A stretch of 52,276 bases of DNA from Stylophora pistillata (Eukaryota): assembly GCF_002571385.2 (NCBI RefSeq), contig NW_019217897.1, forward strand, positions 291,987 to 344,262. Reading direction: 5' to 3'. The position numbers and the translations under genes were made by a program. This document shows positions 12,534-24,456 of the stretch, in pieces. The first letter of the stretch is position 1; each line of letters opens with the position of its first letter. The notes under the pieces are model-generated. The model did not search any database. It was not told the origin of the DNA and worked only from the letters and a program-made list of their open reading frames with translations.

Positions 12534-14049
12534 CCCAAGGGTTAAAAATTATTGTTTTTTTATACTAATCATAAGTTTAACGTTTGGTGCAGGAGTGAAT
12601 ACAAATTTATAAATAACAGGCAGTTTATGTAGGTGATTAAGTACTCCTGGCGGGGGCCTTCTTGACATGTGCATCCAAGGCCTCTTTAAACAGCCCGTAT
12701 CCTTCCGATTTCTTGAGTTCTTTCAGAATGATTCTTTCCTTCACTTTACTTGACTGTGATTTCTAATGAGCGTAACAAAAAATAAAGACTAGTACTTTTT
12801 TTAAGAACGTTAATGAACAGAAGTTACTTTGTCTCTTGTTAAAATTTTTACCACTGATGACTGCACAGAAATGTTTTAGTGAGTTATGATCAGATGGATT
12901 GAGATGGCAAATATAAGAGTGATTGAAAAGCCAACCCAATTAATTTAAGGACACCTTGAGGCTCTTCTGCGAACGGAGGAATCCCCTTTCTAAAAATCTC
13001 CCTACATGACAGCTCGCATCCGCAATTCATAGAAAATGAAATAGAGGATGACTAATGAAGAATAATGAAATATACAAGGGCCTAAAATATGACTCATTGA
13101 TGAGAATGGCTCGAAATTTCTGAAACGACACCTTCATGGCACCTAGCTTGACTCACAGGATAATGTGTGTAGCTTGTACCGGTTGGTTCATATATGCACA
13201 GCGGTGAAAATGAAGATATATCATCTCGTCTGGAACATGTGATGTATCACAGCTTTAAACCCACCTTAGAAGACGAATTCGCAGTACATTCGATTTTTCT
13301 CTCGCTCCGTTTCCCGTACATTTTCTCCAGTTCTACCTAGAATCGTAGAAGTGATGAACAAAAGTTAATTATTTGACATCCATAAATTTTAAAGCGAGCA
13401 TGCTTCCGAGATCGAGATCTTCCAACAGTCCAACATTGAAAGAGTGGGTGCACGCAAACTTACGCTATCTTGGTGGAAAAAACACAACTGCTTAGGGCTT
13501 TTAGGACGAGTTTTTGCAAATATGGCGTACAAGACACCGATAAACAAGCAGTTATTTAGTGTTTCAAATTAGAAATATGTTTCATTACGACCTTTTATAT
13601 CGAAGAAGAGGAGAGTAGATGTGTCCTTAAGCAATTTTATGAGACATGAAATTTAGTAAAAGCATAACACCTTTAAGATTGTACGCCTCTAATTTTACAA
13701 ATAGCTGAAATTTGATAGCGAAAAGATTTTTGTGACGGCAAGGCCATTTTAAAAATCAACCACTTTCAAAGTTGTTAAAATAGGGGTTCCGTACAACTTG
13801 CGCCTGGAGCCCATGTTAGAAAAAAAAATTTCCTGGGGTGAAGTCACGGCTCATTTAATATATCAAATCGGGAAAAGTTTTCATTCGAACCTATGGTAAG
13901 ACCTTGCGTGGTCTAGTTTAATGAATTCTCAGGGTCTACCAAATATAGCAATAATCAAAACAATTGCACATCTGGTGAATCAACAGTATTTCCAGAATTA
14001 CTTTTTACGACAAAAGGTGTAACGAAGGTGCGACAAACTCTCTTTTAAA

Positions 14050-17000
14050 GAAAGTTAGTTAGAAAGGAGCTTAGAGATCCCAGCCCGCCAAGATGCTTCA
14101 GATAAAATTAAGGGAGATGTGACGTATCGTGTAGCAGTTTTAAGGGACGTAAAATTTTAACAAAAGCATGCAAACTTTAAGATTTTATGCTTCTGAGTTC
14201 ATAGATTTTTTTCGACGGCTTAATCAGTTGATTAAATATGCATAAACGCGAACAGTCATCTCAACTTGCAACTCATAGCAGGCTCTCTGTTGCCGGTAAA
14301 ATAATTTAAAATATTGACAACCAAGATCACTGATATATTTCGGAACAGTCTGAATCGGAATATCTATTTAAAAAGCCACTCCTAGCAGGCAAGCTTTTCT
14401 CCTGTCATATTTTTTTTCATAAACTTTTCAATATGCATCGCATGAATAAAATTCTGAACTTTTTGATCGTGAAAATTATGTTCGGTTTAGCCTACCTTCA
14501 TTTCAGTCGACCTTTAATGAACGTGACGTGTTTCCAAAATAATAATTACAAAAGTGAATTCTTTCTCTTATTTTTGTTATAATTAAGAGGGGATCTTAAA
14601 GCTTTTGTCTTTTCTTCCCAGGGAAACAAGGCAACAAGTAAAATATTAATACATACAAAACTCTGATATGAATGTGTTAGCTCTACCAATTTTTAAAACC
14701 TATACTTATTCTTAAATTTTACCTGAGTAGGGAATCGAGATTGAAGCAGTGAACGGGAAGGATATTGTTGCATGTTACAAGCCTTATCAATTTCTCCTTC
14801 GCCTTCGTCTTTTTCCTTTTCCAGGAGTCTTTTCTTCTTCTGCAATTTCGTAAAATGTATATGAGTAGTTAAAGCTAAGAGACAACAGAATGAGATAAAT
14901 TGCACTTGGAAAACAAGCTGAACTTGTAGACTCAGTCTCATAACGACTAAAAAAGTTCACATATAGTACAATTGCATGTTCTCTGTTCAAAAGATTTCAT
15001 GTTGACAACATTTGATAAGAGAAACATTTAGGTCACTTCATTTCTCTCATGAAATTTCAACGTTATTCTAAAAATTAGAATAGAAAAAAAAACCTAGCCT
15101 ACCAATGGTTGTCCCTTGAAGACATCGTTGGCGGCATCATTATGAACAGACTGGAAAATTTTGACTGACTTGACCCTGTCTTGTTTGGGACCGTCATTTA
15201 GAATAGCTGGAAAGGGATCATTGCATTGCACGTCCATGACAGCGCCTCTGTTTTAAAAGTTTCGAAAACAAGTTTTGAAAGGGTTTTCCAGAATGTTTCC
15301 AGTCGTTCCCTATGACATTAAACAGTATGAAATATTCATTGCTCTTAGCACCGCGTTAGCCAATCATTTGGCAGGGCAAAATTTTAGATAGTTTCGAATT
15401 GCTTTGATGGTTCAATGGGAGTATCGTTTTAACAATCATATTGATAACATTTATGTGATGATTTCTTTGTGGTGGTTGATGAGATGATGCGACGATCATA
15501 GCAGAAGGTGAAAAATTCAAAGACAGGGATTTTTCTGGGGCCTACGACGTCCTCTTGTTGCCTCTTGTTTCTGATGCTAATCAATGCTCGACTTTATTGT
15601 GTCCAACTTTATAGACATATCTAAAGTTAGGGGTTCTTCATAGATGAAATGTGGAAATCTCTTAATGTGTCAGGAACAGATGGGGGTAAACACCTGTCAT
15701 TTTAAAGCGTCTTTCACCTTTGAAGATTAAAGTTTTAGGACAACTTAACCACTGTCGATCCCTCCAGCATGGAGATTGAGTACTTCAGAAATATTACCGA
15801 CCGAATGAAAATCTTGAAAAACTCGATAGAGAGGGATGTCAATGAACTGGTTGAAGCGGTTCTTAAACCGCTGGCTATTTTCTACGGCTTAAACGGTAAC
15901 AGAGATCCCCCATTGCCTCAGGAACTAGAGAGGAAAATAAGAGGATTTTTCACAGACGTCTACTGGACTTTGAGACTCCACTTGTTCTTGCACCTTGAAA
16001 ATCCTCTCGACATTAGCAGAATCCTTGAAGTGGGCGAATGGGGCGGCCTGAGTACCAATGACATGAGGGATATGGGTGACCAACACTTTAACCATTTTAC
16101 AGACCCTGGAAGCAACCTCTTGGAACTGGTGAGTGGATTGAGATTTCACATGCTTTGCTTTTACTAACTATCTCATCTCGCTAATCACTGCTGAGGGCCA
16201 TGGAAGGAGCTAGATTACAAACTGAAAAGAGATCAATTTGATTTCAGTAGAGCTTTTTTTTTGTCCTTGTCAGAACTATTTAAGTACTCTGAAACGGTAT
16301 CTAGCTTGGAAAGGGTACTGCTTTCTGGCTGGCGCGCGTTCGATCTTCCAAATTAACGGGGCATTTTAGTAAAAGAGCCTTCCAAAACCAATGAAGGAAT
16401 TTCAGACTAAGCATTTTAGATTTATTATGGCCCGTTTGGCGAGAGCGAGGTTTGTTCTGGCTCGGTCAAATCAAAAGGGTGAAGGAGCGACCATGTAATG
16501 TCTTGAGACCATTTAGTTTACATCCTGATGTTGAGTTTTTAATTCTACGAATTTTTGCATATTTTCTATATTTCAGCTCAGTTACCACCTGGAAAGTACC
16601 ACCCAAAGAGGGAGCAAAAAGCATGCCACAGATGTATTAGCATTAGCAAAATTATTCCTAGGCCATCTTCAAGCCGAAAACATCTTCCTACCAGACGTTT
16701 TGGTCATGGTTGAACACGTGCCTACGGAGAAGTTTTTCGTAGGTGCATCAATAGCAGTAAGTGACTTTGTAAGGCCTATCAGTTTGTACAATCGAATCAC
16801 TAATCTTAAAGGAAGCCTCGTAGCTGCAGTAATGCAGTTCCCTTATTCATGTCCTCCCTCTAAGCTAGATCTACGTAATTGGAGATTTTCATATGCCCGT
16901 AAAAGTCAAACCAGCGCGACAAGATATGATTCTTTGACTAGTGAGCTACCTTGCCAAAATTGTAGAACGTTGTTGACAAATGAGTTTTAGGGAAAGGGAG

Positions 17001-18110
17001 GGCCCACAGTTCTTGGTGCATGTGCAGAGTATTGTGCTGTAAATGAGCTTCTACCAGAGGAACAAATTTTTAGGCAGAGTCAGTATTTTCTCTCTAATGC
17101 ACAACTAGAGAGAAACTATAAGCGATGCGATACTCTTCTCAAAAGCTTTAGAGATATGTCGGAAATGTGCATAACTGCCTTGGAAACTGGAGACAGGGAT
17201 GAAATGGAGAGAGTGTACTGGAATGTGATAAACTTTATTCACATTTTTGGCCTAAGGCCAGAGTGTAATCGTTACTTCTGATTTTCTTTCGGTTTTCCTG
17301 GTTGTCAGGAATTAGCAGGGATGTAGGACCCGTCAAAAAAAATTCAACCTCTACTTTCCAGTAATTTGGGGAATCTATGGTAGACTAGAAGCCAAGTTAA
17401 CTAGGTAAATGCTAAAAACGAAAAAGAGCATTAAATTTCTCAAAACGTTCTCACCTAAGACAGTCGCTTTTTAGAATCGTTTAGAATTACTTTGGTTTAA
17501 CAATATCTCACAATCAAAGACATTCCTTAAAACTCAGGATTTAGCTTTGTCTTTCGTTTAAATGACAAGACTTTCTCGTTTGTAACTATAAAGATGTGAG
17601 TAGGATGAAATAGAAGCATACAGGCCCTCATGTTAGTCTCCTCTGGAACTGCATTCTGAGGCGTCATGCAGCACTTCCCCAAAAAGAAAGAGGGGATGTT
17701 GCGTGACATCTGAAAGCACGATGGTGGAGGGAACTACCTCTTGCAAGCAACGAAACACACGCAGAGAGGAGGGGGATGAACCAGTGAGCAGTATGACTCA
17801 CCCATCCTACTATGCTTAAGGGCTCCTTCTGACACAAGTCCAGTTAGAAACTCTTAAAGTTCGTGCATTTGCTTCTAAATTATAATAATAAGATGTACTT
17901 GTCAATTAAAAAATAAACTGAGTCAGAATAATCCATATATGCTATTACAATTGTTAATCAGCTTAGACTGAATCTCGTTATAATAATGTATTCAAATCAG
18001 TGGCAAATCAATAAAAACGCAATACAAAAGATTCTTACATAACTTGTTTGAGTAACATGGTATTCAATGAGATATTTAGGGTAAGGCCACACTTTCTTGA
18101 CCACAATAAC
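14050..18110 (+). repeat. Duplicated unit containing the deaminase-like gene; a further degenerate copy lies at ~20235-23590
   Basis: Colinear matches: 14075-15470 with 20235-21205, 16670-17390 with 21440-22105, and 17395-18110 with 22675-23590. Confidence 0.9.
15769..17281 (+). pseudogene. Two-exon gene (15769-16128, 16577-17281; ~354 codons) for an uncharacterised protein with PCxxC...CAE Zn-deaminase-like motifs; one in-frame TAG at 16988-16990
   Basis: ATG at 15769, donor CTG|GTGAGT at 16128/16129, polypyrimidine acceptor ttttctatatttcag| at 16576, phase-0 join in frame. Exon 2 reads LSYHLEST...FFVGASIAVS...ELPCQNCRTLLTNEF*GKGGPTVLGACAEYCAVNELL...PECNRYF* and stays open 96 codons past the TAG. 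Confidence 0.7.
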
Positions 18111-18942
18111 CTTTGTCATTTAGAACAATTGAAAACGGATTATTACCTTGCACGTCTATGACAGACGCGCTGTTTTAAAAGTTTCGGAAACAAGTTTTAA
18201 AAGAGTTTGCCAAAGTGGTTGTACTAGTTCCCTGGGTACTGATGATACATCATGAAATATTAATTGCTCGTAGCACTGACTAAGTTAACCAATTACTTGG
18301 CAGGGCGAAAAAAATAACGTAGCTTTGCTTTGCTTTGGTGGTTCATTGGGGGGATCGTTTTCATGACCGCATGAGAAACATTTATATGATTAGTTTTCTG
18401 AGATTGATGATGAGATGAGGCGTCGATCATAACTTAGAGTAAAAACATGAATAAATAAAAGGGATCTTTCAGAGGCCCACGAGTTTCTCATATAGATCAA
18501 TTGCACCAATTTATTGTGTCTTGCTTCAGAGGCATTCCTAAAGATGTCAGGTTTTGATTTATGAAAGACTGAATGGTTCATGGCTCTTTTTGATTGCTAC
18601 TCTGGTTATTTAGAGGTGCAAAATATGAGCAGCACTACAAGTACTCGCGTAATTACAGTTTTAGGTCATAGTTTTGGATGCATAGTATACCTTACAATGG
18701 GCTTCTATTTGATAGCCCATACAGAAACTACTTGAATAGTGTGACATGTTGGCTGAAAGAATAAATGCCTCACTAGCAAAATTATTGTATGGGAGACGAA
18801 CACGCACAGGCGCTAAGACCCTGTTAGAGTCGCGTGTGATTAGTATGGTGCCAGATAAGATTAAGAAGAAAAAGTAAAGGCAGAAGCACTGTTTTAACCG
18901 GCACACTCAGGAAATTCCAAAAGTGAATACCCACCAGCCCCA

Positions 18943-19073
18943 ATGACAGGTCAGAAAACGCGTGCACTGTAAGTACCTCCCGTTGTCCCATACAAAGCCT
19001 TAGAAAACTTTTTTAAGGCATTTTTTGGGACAACGGGAGGTACTTACAGTGCACGCATTTTCCTTCCGGTCAT
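18943..19073. mobile_element. Short palindromic MITE-like insertion
   Basis: Near-perfect hairpin gaaaacgcgtgcactgtaagtacctcccgttgtccca / tgggacaacgggaggtacttacagtgcacgcattttc. Absent from the paralogous site at ~9397. Confidence 0.8.
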
Positions 19074-21214
19074 ACACTGCCTTGAGCCGACTGGGCCTGA
19101 TGAGACGAATAACCCAAACCTAACCGAGTCTCCACTACTGACGGTCACACCCTCAGCAGACCAGTAGTAAGCCTAGTAATTCCATGCGCGAACGTCACGG
19201 TCGTCCACCTTTGTCAACACAAGATTCTGTTTACTGACTTTTGAAACAGACTTTGTTTTTTATTCATATGCACTGTAGCAGTTCGCTTTACAGAAGGGTT
19301 TACTTCAAAAACCGGACAACTACAACGGAACTATTTGACAAAATCGCTTTCTTGAATTACTTTCAGTTATCAATGAATTTGAATATATGAAATCATGTAT
19401 GTGTATTGGGGTTTCATGAAATGTATGCCGAAAGCGATCCTCGCAGTAATGAACCCTACTTATGTAGTAGAGAAAATAAGGCCTGAAAAAAATTCAGGCC
19501 CGTACGGAACTTGAACCTATGATGTAAATACGAATCAACAAAATGACCAGCTCCCAGTTAGCTTGTTAGTTTAGTTGGTAGTCATAAACAAAGCATCGTT
19601 GCATTGTTTCCGCCTTGGCAGTTAAGCAAAAGACCAGCTTTGTGGCAACAGTATAATTAAAAGAAGTGACGAACTTGCCTCTCTATGGTTTCTCCTGTAT
19701 GTTAAGGATAGCATAAAATTCTATAAATCCAGTGGTATATAAAACATATACCAAAAAAGTCAAATGTCCATTTTACATTTCTCACTCGGAAAAAGGATTG
19801 TAACGATAAAAATGTGCAAGCTATTTTATAAGTGTTTTACTCTATGTACCAAGGATTAAAAAAATACTTTTTTTCTTTTCTAATCTTTAGTTTAACGTTT
19901 GGTGCAGAAGTGAATAAAAATTTTTCAATAACAGGCAGTCTATATTAGATTATGTACTCCCAGCGGAGGTCTTCTTGACATGTGCATCCAAGGCTTCGTT
20001 GAACAGCCTGTAGCTTTCGAGTTTCTTAGGTTCTTCCCGAATGATTTTTTCCTTTACTTTACTTGACTGTGATTTCTAATGAGCGTAACGAAAAATAAAG
20101 AATATTACTTTTGTTAAGAACGCTAATAAAGAGAAGATACTTTTTCTCTTGTTAAGGTTTTTACCACTGATGACTGCACAGAAATGTTTTTGTGAGCCAT
20201 GATCAGATGGATTGAGATGGCAAATATTGGAGTGAGAGATCCTAGCCCACCAAGGTGCTTCAGAAAAAACTAGGGGGAATGTGACGTATAGTGTAGCAGT
20301 TTTATGGGACATAAAATTTTAACAAAAGCCACGCAAATTTTAAGACTTTTATGCTTCTGAGTTCACAGATTATCGAAACGAGATGGCAAAAGATTTTTTC
20401 GACGGCTTAATCAATTAAATATGCATAAACCCGAACTGTTATCTCAACTTGCAACTCATAGCAGGCTATCTATTGCTGTTAAAATATTTTAAAATATTGA
20501 CAACTACGATCATAGATATATTTCGGAACAGCCTGAATAAGAATGTCCATTTAAAAAGCCAGTCTTAGCTTGCAAGCTTTTCTTCTGTCACATAATTTTT
20601 TTCATAAACTTTACAATATGCATTTGCATAAATAAAATTCTGAACTTTGTGATTGTGATCGATTTAGCGTACCTTCGTTTCAATCGACAGGTGTACCTTT
20701 AATTTCCAAAATTAAAGTGAAGACTAATTATAATAGCAAAAGTGAATTGTGTCTCTTCTCTTTATCGTAAGAGGGGCTCTAAAAGCTTTTCTTTTCCGCC
20801 CAAGGAAACATGGCAACAAGTAAAATATTAATACACACGAAAATATATGAATGTGTTGGCTAGACCTCTTCCGATTTTTAAAACCTATATCTATATATGG
20901 AATCGAAATTGAAGCAGTGAACGGGAAGGATGTTGTTGTATGTCACAAGCCTTATCACTTCTATTGCATTGCACGTCCATGACCGCGCCTGTTTTAAAAG
21001 TTTCTAAAACAAGTTTTGAAAGGGTTTGCCAGAATGTTTCCAATCGTTCCCTATGACCATATACATTATGAAATATTCATTGCTCTTAACACTGCGTTAA
21101 CCAATCAATTTGCGGGGTAAAAAACTTACATAACTTCGCATTGCTTTGATGGTTCAATAGGGGGTATCGTTTTAAAAATCATATTGAAAACACTTATGAT
21201 TATTTCTTTTGTCA

Positions 21215-21425
21215 ATGAATTTGAATAGATGAAAATCATATATGCGTACATTTCATGAAATGTATGAAAGCCATCCTCGCAGTAATGAACCCTACTTATG
21301 TAGTGGTAGATATAAGGCCTGAAAATAAATCGGGATTTGAATCCATGACCTCTGCGATACCGGTGCAGTGCTCTAACAACTGAGCTAACAAGCCAACTGG
21401 GAGCTAGTCATTATGTTGGTTCGTA
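21215..21425 (-). mobile_element. tRNA-derived SINE-like repeat (older copies at ~9690-9890 and ~19375-19580)
   Basis: Minus strand reads ggcttgttagctcagttgttagagcactgcaccggtatcgcagaggtcatggattcaaatccc (A/B boxes). Same family as the tandem unit at 49991-50882. Confidence 0.8.
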
Positions 21426-21440
21426 CGAAGCTGTCTCCGA

Positions 21441-21990
21441 CCCAAAAACATCTTCCTAACAGAGGTTTTAGCGATGGTTGAATATTCGAGGAAATTTTTC
21501 GTAGGTGCATCAATAGCAGTACGTGACTACTAGGCCCATCTGTTTGTAAAATCGAATCACCAATCTTAAATTGAGCCTTGTAACTGCAGTAATAACTTTC
21601 TGTCCTGAATAATCCAAATCAACACGATTGGAAATTTTCATACGCCTGTAAAAGTTAAAATGACGCAAGATGTAGTTTCTTGACTAGTGAGCTTCCTTGT
21701 CAAAATTGTAGAACGTTGTTAATAGATCAAACGGGAAGGGAAGGGTGCTGTAAACGAGCTTCCATCAATTGAACAAGTTTATAAGGAGAGTGCGTGGCCC
21801 AAAAATCTAAAAATGGAGGAAAACCGTGTGCGATCCATCGCTCTTGTTTGGAAGCAATAGAAATTTGTCGAAAGTTTGCATATCTACCTTGGAAACCGGA
21901 GACATAAAAGAAATAGAGAGGACGTACTGGTAAATAATAAACGTTATGCACATCTTTGGCCTAAGGCCACAGTGTTATTGTCACTTTTGA
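21441..21990 (+). pseudogene. Degenerate second copy of the deaminase-like exon 2
   Basis: Matches 16675-17281 (FFVGASIAV, ELPCQNCRTLL) with stops and frameshifts. A ~30-bp deletion removes the GACAEY codons. Confidence 0.8.
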
Positions 21991-22866
21991 TTTTTTTTTC
22001 CGGTTTTCCTGGTTGTCAGGAATTAACAAAGGTATTAGACCCGTCAAAAAAAGTTTTGGCTCCTATTTTCCAGGAATATGGGGAATCTCTAATAAACTAG
22101 AAGCTAACTTCCGTTCTTTAAACTTTGAATCATATTTGCTTGGTTAAAATGACACTGATTTAAGTTGATGTTTTGGAAGAAATCGTTACGTAAGGTGAAG
22201 TTATTTTGTATGTTATTACAGAACATTTACCATTACATTTAAAAACGTACGTTTATTGACTTTATTGTCTTCTGTAAACCTGGGATTACCATAAAGTTTT
22301 CCACTTTCGATCTACAGTAGCTTCACTTCGTTGTAATTACTTTTAAGTATTAAAATACACTGCTTGTGTGATTTCCCCTCCACCTACTTTGTGACTGTTG
22401 TAGCTGTATTTCCTGTGATTAATCCTTGGATGAAGGGTATTGAACTGCGTTACCTCCCAATCGCAAGATAATAAGTTTAATAAAATGATGATTGTTGGAG
22501 AAAAAAATTGGTGTTAAGTTTCGATGATGGATCTTTTACACTTACAGAAATGTTCCTATATCTATTGGCTCAGTAAGTCAAAAGAAATATTCTTACTTTG
22601 CAATTTGTTCCAGAGGAAACGAACATAAAGCAATATCAATCTTTCTCGCTCTTTTGTATTCGTTGTTATCCACGTTAGACAAATAAATGCTCAAATAAAA
22701 AGGACAATAAATTTCTTAAAAAGTTCTCGGCTAAGACAGTTGCTGTTTAGAATTTCTTTGGTGTAACAATATCTCACAATCAAATGCACTCAATAAAACT
22801 CAGGATTTAGCTCTATCTCTCTCTATTAAAGACAAACTTTTCTCATTTCTGACGATAAATATGCAA

Positions 22867-23088
22867 GGGGCCGACCGTTTAACTCTTGAGGGGGGGTGGG
22901 TGATTTTGAAAAAAATTCATGCAAGCGCTTGTTGGAAGAAAAAAATTGCATGCAGCGTAAATGTAACAGAAAGAAAGAGCATTTAAAACGAAAAAAATTA
23001 TCCTGCCCAGCAGATTGATAGAAAAAAAATTTCTTCATGACCAGAAATCACCCACCCCCTCCCCCTCAAAAGTTAAATGGTCAGCCCC
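22867..23088. mobile_element. MITE (Harbinger-like)
   Basis: TIRs ggggccgaccgtttaactcttgagggg / cccctcaaaagttaaatggtcagcccc with CAA/TAA flanks. The paralogous site at ~17597 is empty. Confidence 0.85.
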
Positions 23089-24456
23089 TAAGTGGGATGA
23101 AAAAGAAGCATGCAGGCCCTCAGGTTAGTCGGCTCTGCAACCGTCTTCTGGGGTGTCAGGCTGCACTCCCCCAAAAAGAAAGAGGGGATGTTGCGTGACA
23201 TCTGAAAGAATGATGGTGAAGGGGACTACCTCTTACAAGTAATGAAGCCCATGCAGAGAGGAGGGCGACGAGCCAGTGAGCAGTGTGGCTCACACCCATC
23301 ACTGCCATTGCTGAGGGCTTCTTCTAACATGAGTCTAGTGAGAAACTCTTAAAATTAATGTATTTGCTTCTAAATTATCATAATAAGATGTACTTGTCAA
23401 TTAAAATATTAACTGAGTCATAAGGGTCAATACCGTGTATAGGCTATTATAATTGTTAATCTGCTTGAACTGAATCTCATCATAATTACAAAAAACACAA
23501 ATACAAAAGATTCTAAAAGAACTTGTTTGAATATTAAGATCATAGCATTGAATGAGACATTTAGGGTAATGCCACACTTTCATTAGCACAATAATGCTGA
23601 CAATAACACTCTTAAATAACCCCAAGCAATTTTGCAAAGCTGTTGCTTTGGAAACCAACAGGTACCCCAAAAATCTAAAGACCCCCAAACTCACAATTCT
23701 ATTTTCAGACTTTACATCCTAAATGCTAAACAGCTTGCCCACTTCTTAAAAGTTGTTCCACTCTTCACCATCTAAATGGAAAGAATGACAGTGATGATAA
23801 TGATGATGCAAAGAACTTGAAATAATATTTGTGATGTTTAAAACTGTATATCTTAACTCAGTAAATAAGGGGTTGTTCTTAATGCCTTTTACTCAATTTC
23901 ACCTATGTTAGAAAATACCTTCCAGATATAGGAATACTGAAATTTTGATCCACAGATTCATCCCATCAAGGTTTGACAAAATGTAACCTTCACTGATCCT
24001 ATGTCCCAAAGTATGTTACTGGGAAGCTCTATATTGAAAGCACAGCTGCTTGTGTAATGACTGTCTCTACTCTCAAATTTGAGCAACCAAAGCATCTTTT
24101 CAGTAAGCTCCACTCTTGACCTAATGCTGAATGCATCCAATTCAGATTCTGATCACTGACCTTCAAAGCCAAACAAGGCCAATCCCCAAGTTCAAAAAAA
24201 CATTGGAAAATGCAAGACAAGTACCTGAAAATGTTCACGTCAGGGCGTCATGTTGAATTTTCAAAAAAACTTGCAAAAAGAAAAAATGGAAGCCAGGCCC
24301 TTATACATCAAATGAGAAACCATCAAGTAAAGGATTTCTGATTAAGGTATGTGTCTTTCCCTACATAACAGAAAAATAGACATCCATCCATACATCAATC
24401 CATGCCCAACAGTTCAAAATTCAGTGACTTACACGACAAAAATACAAATACCAAAT

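Larger units (their letters stand above)
6950..12920 (+). repeat. Segmental duplication block: ~6960-8990 resembles ~14050-15620; ~8580-12920 (minus the RTE) resembles ~18115-20240
   Basis: Shared long stretches, e.g. gaaaacggattattaccttgcacgtctatgacagacgcgctgttttaaaagtttc, and ttcaaaaaccggacaactacaacggaactattt at ~9620 and ~19305. Confidence 0.9.

Noticed and set aside
9925-12545. Plus-strand ORFs of 70-146 aa overlapping the RTE element
   Set aside because: Antisense shadows of the retrotransposon coding sequence.
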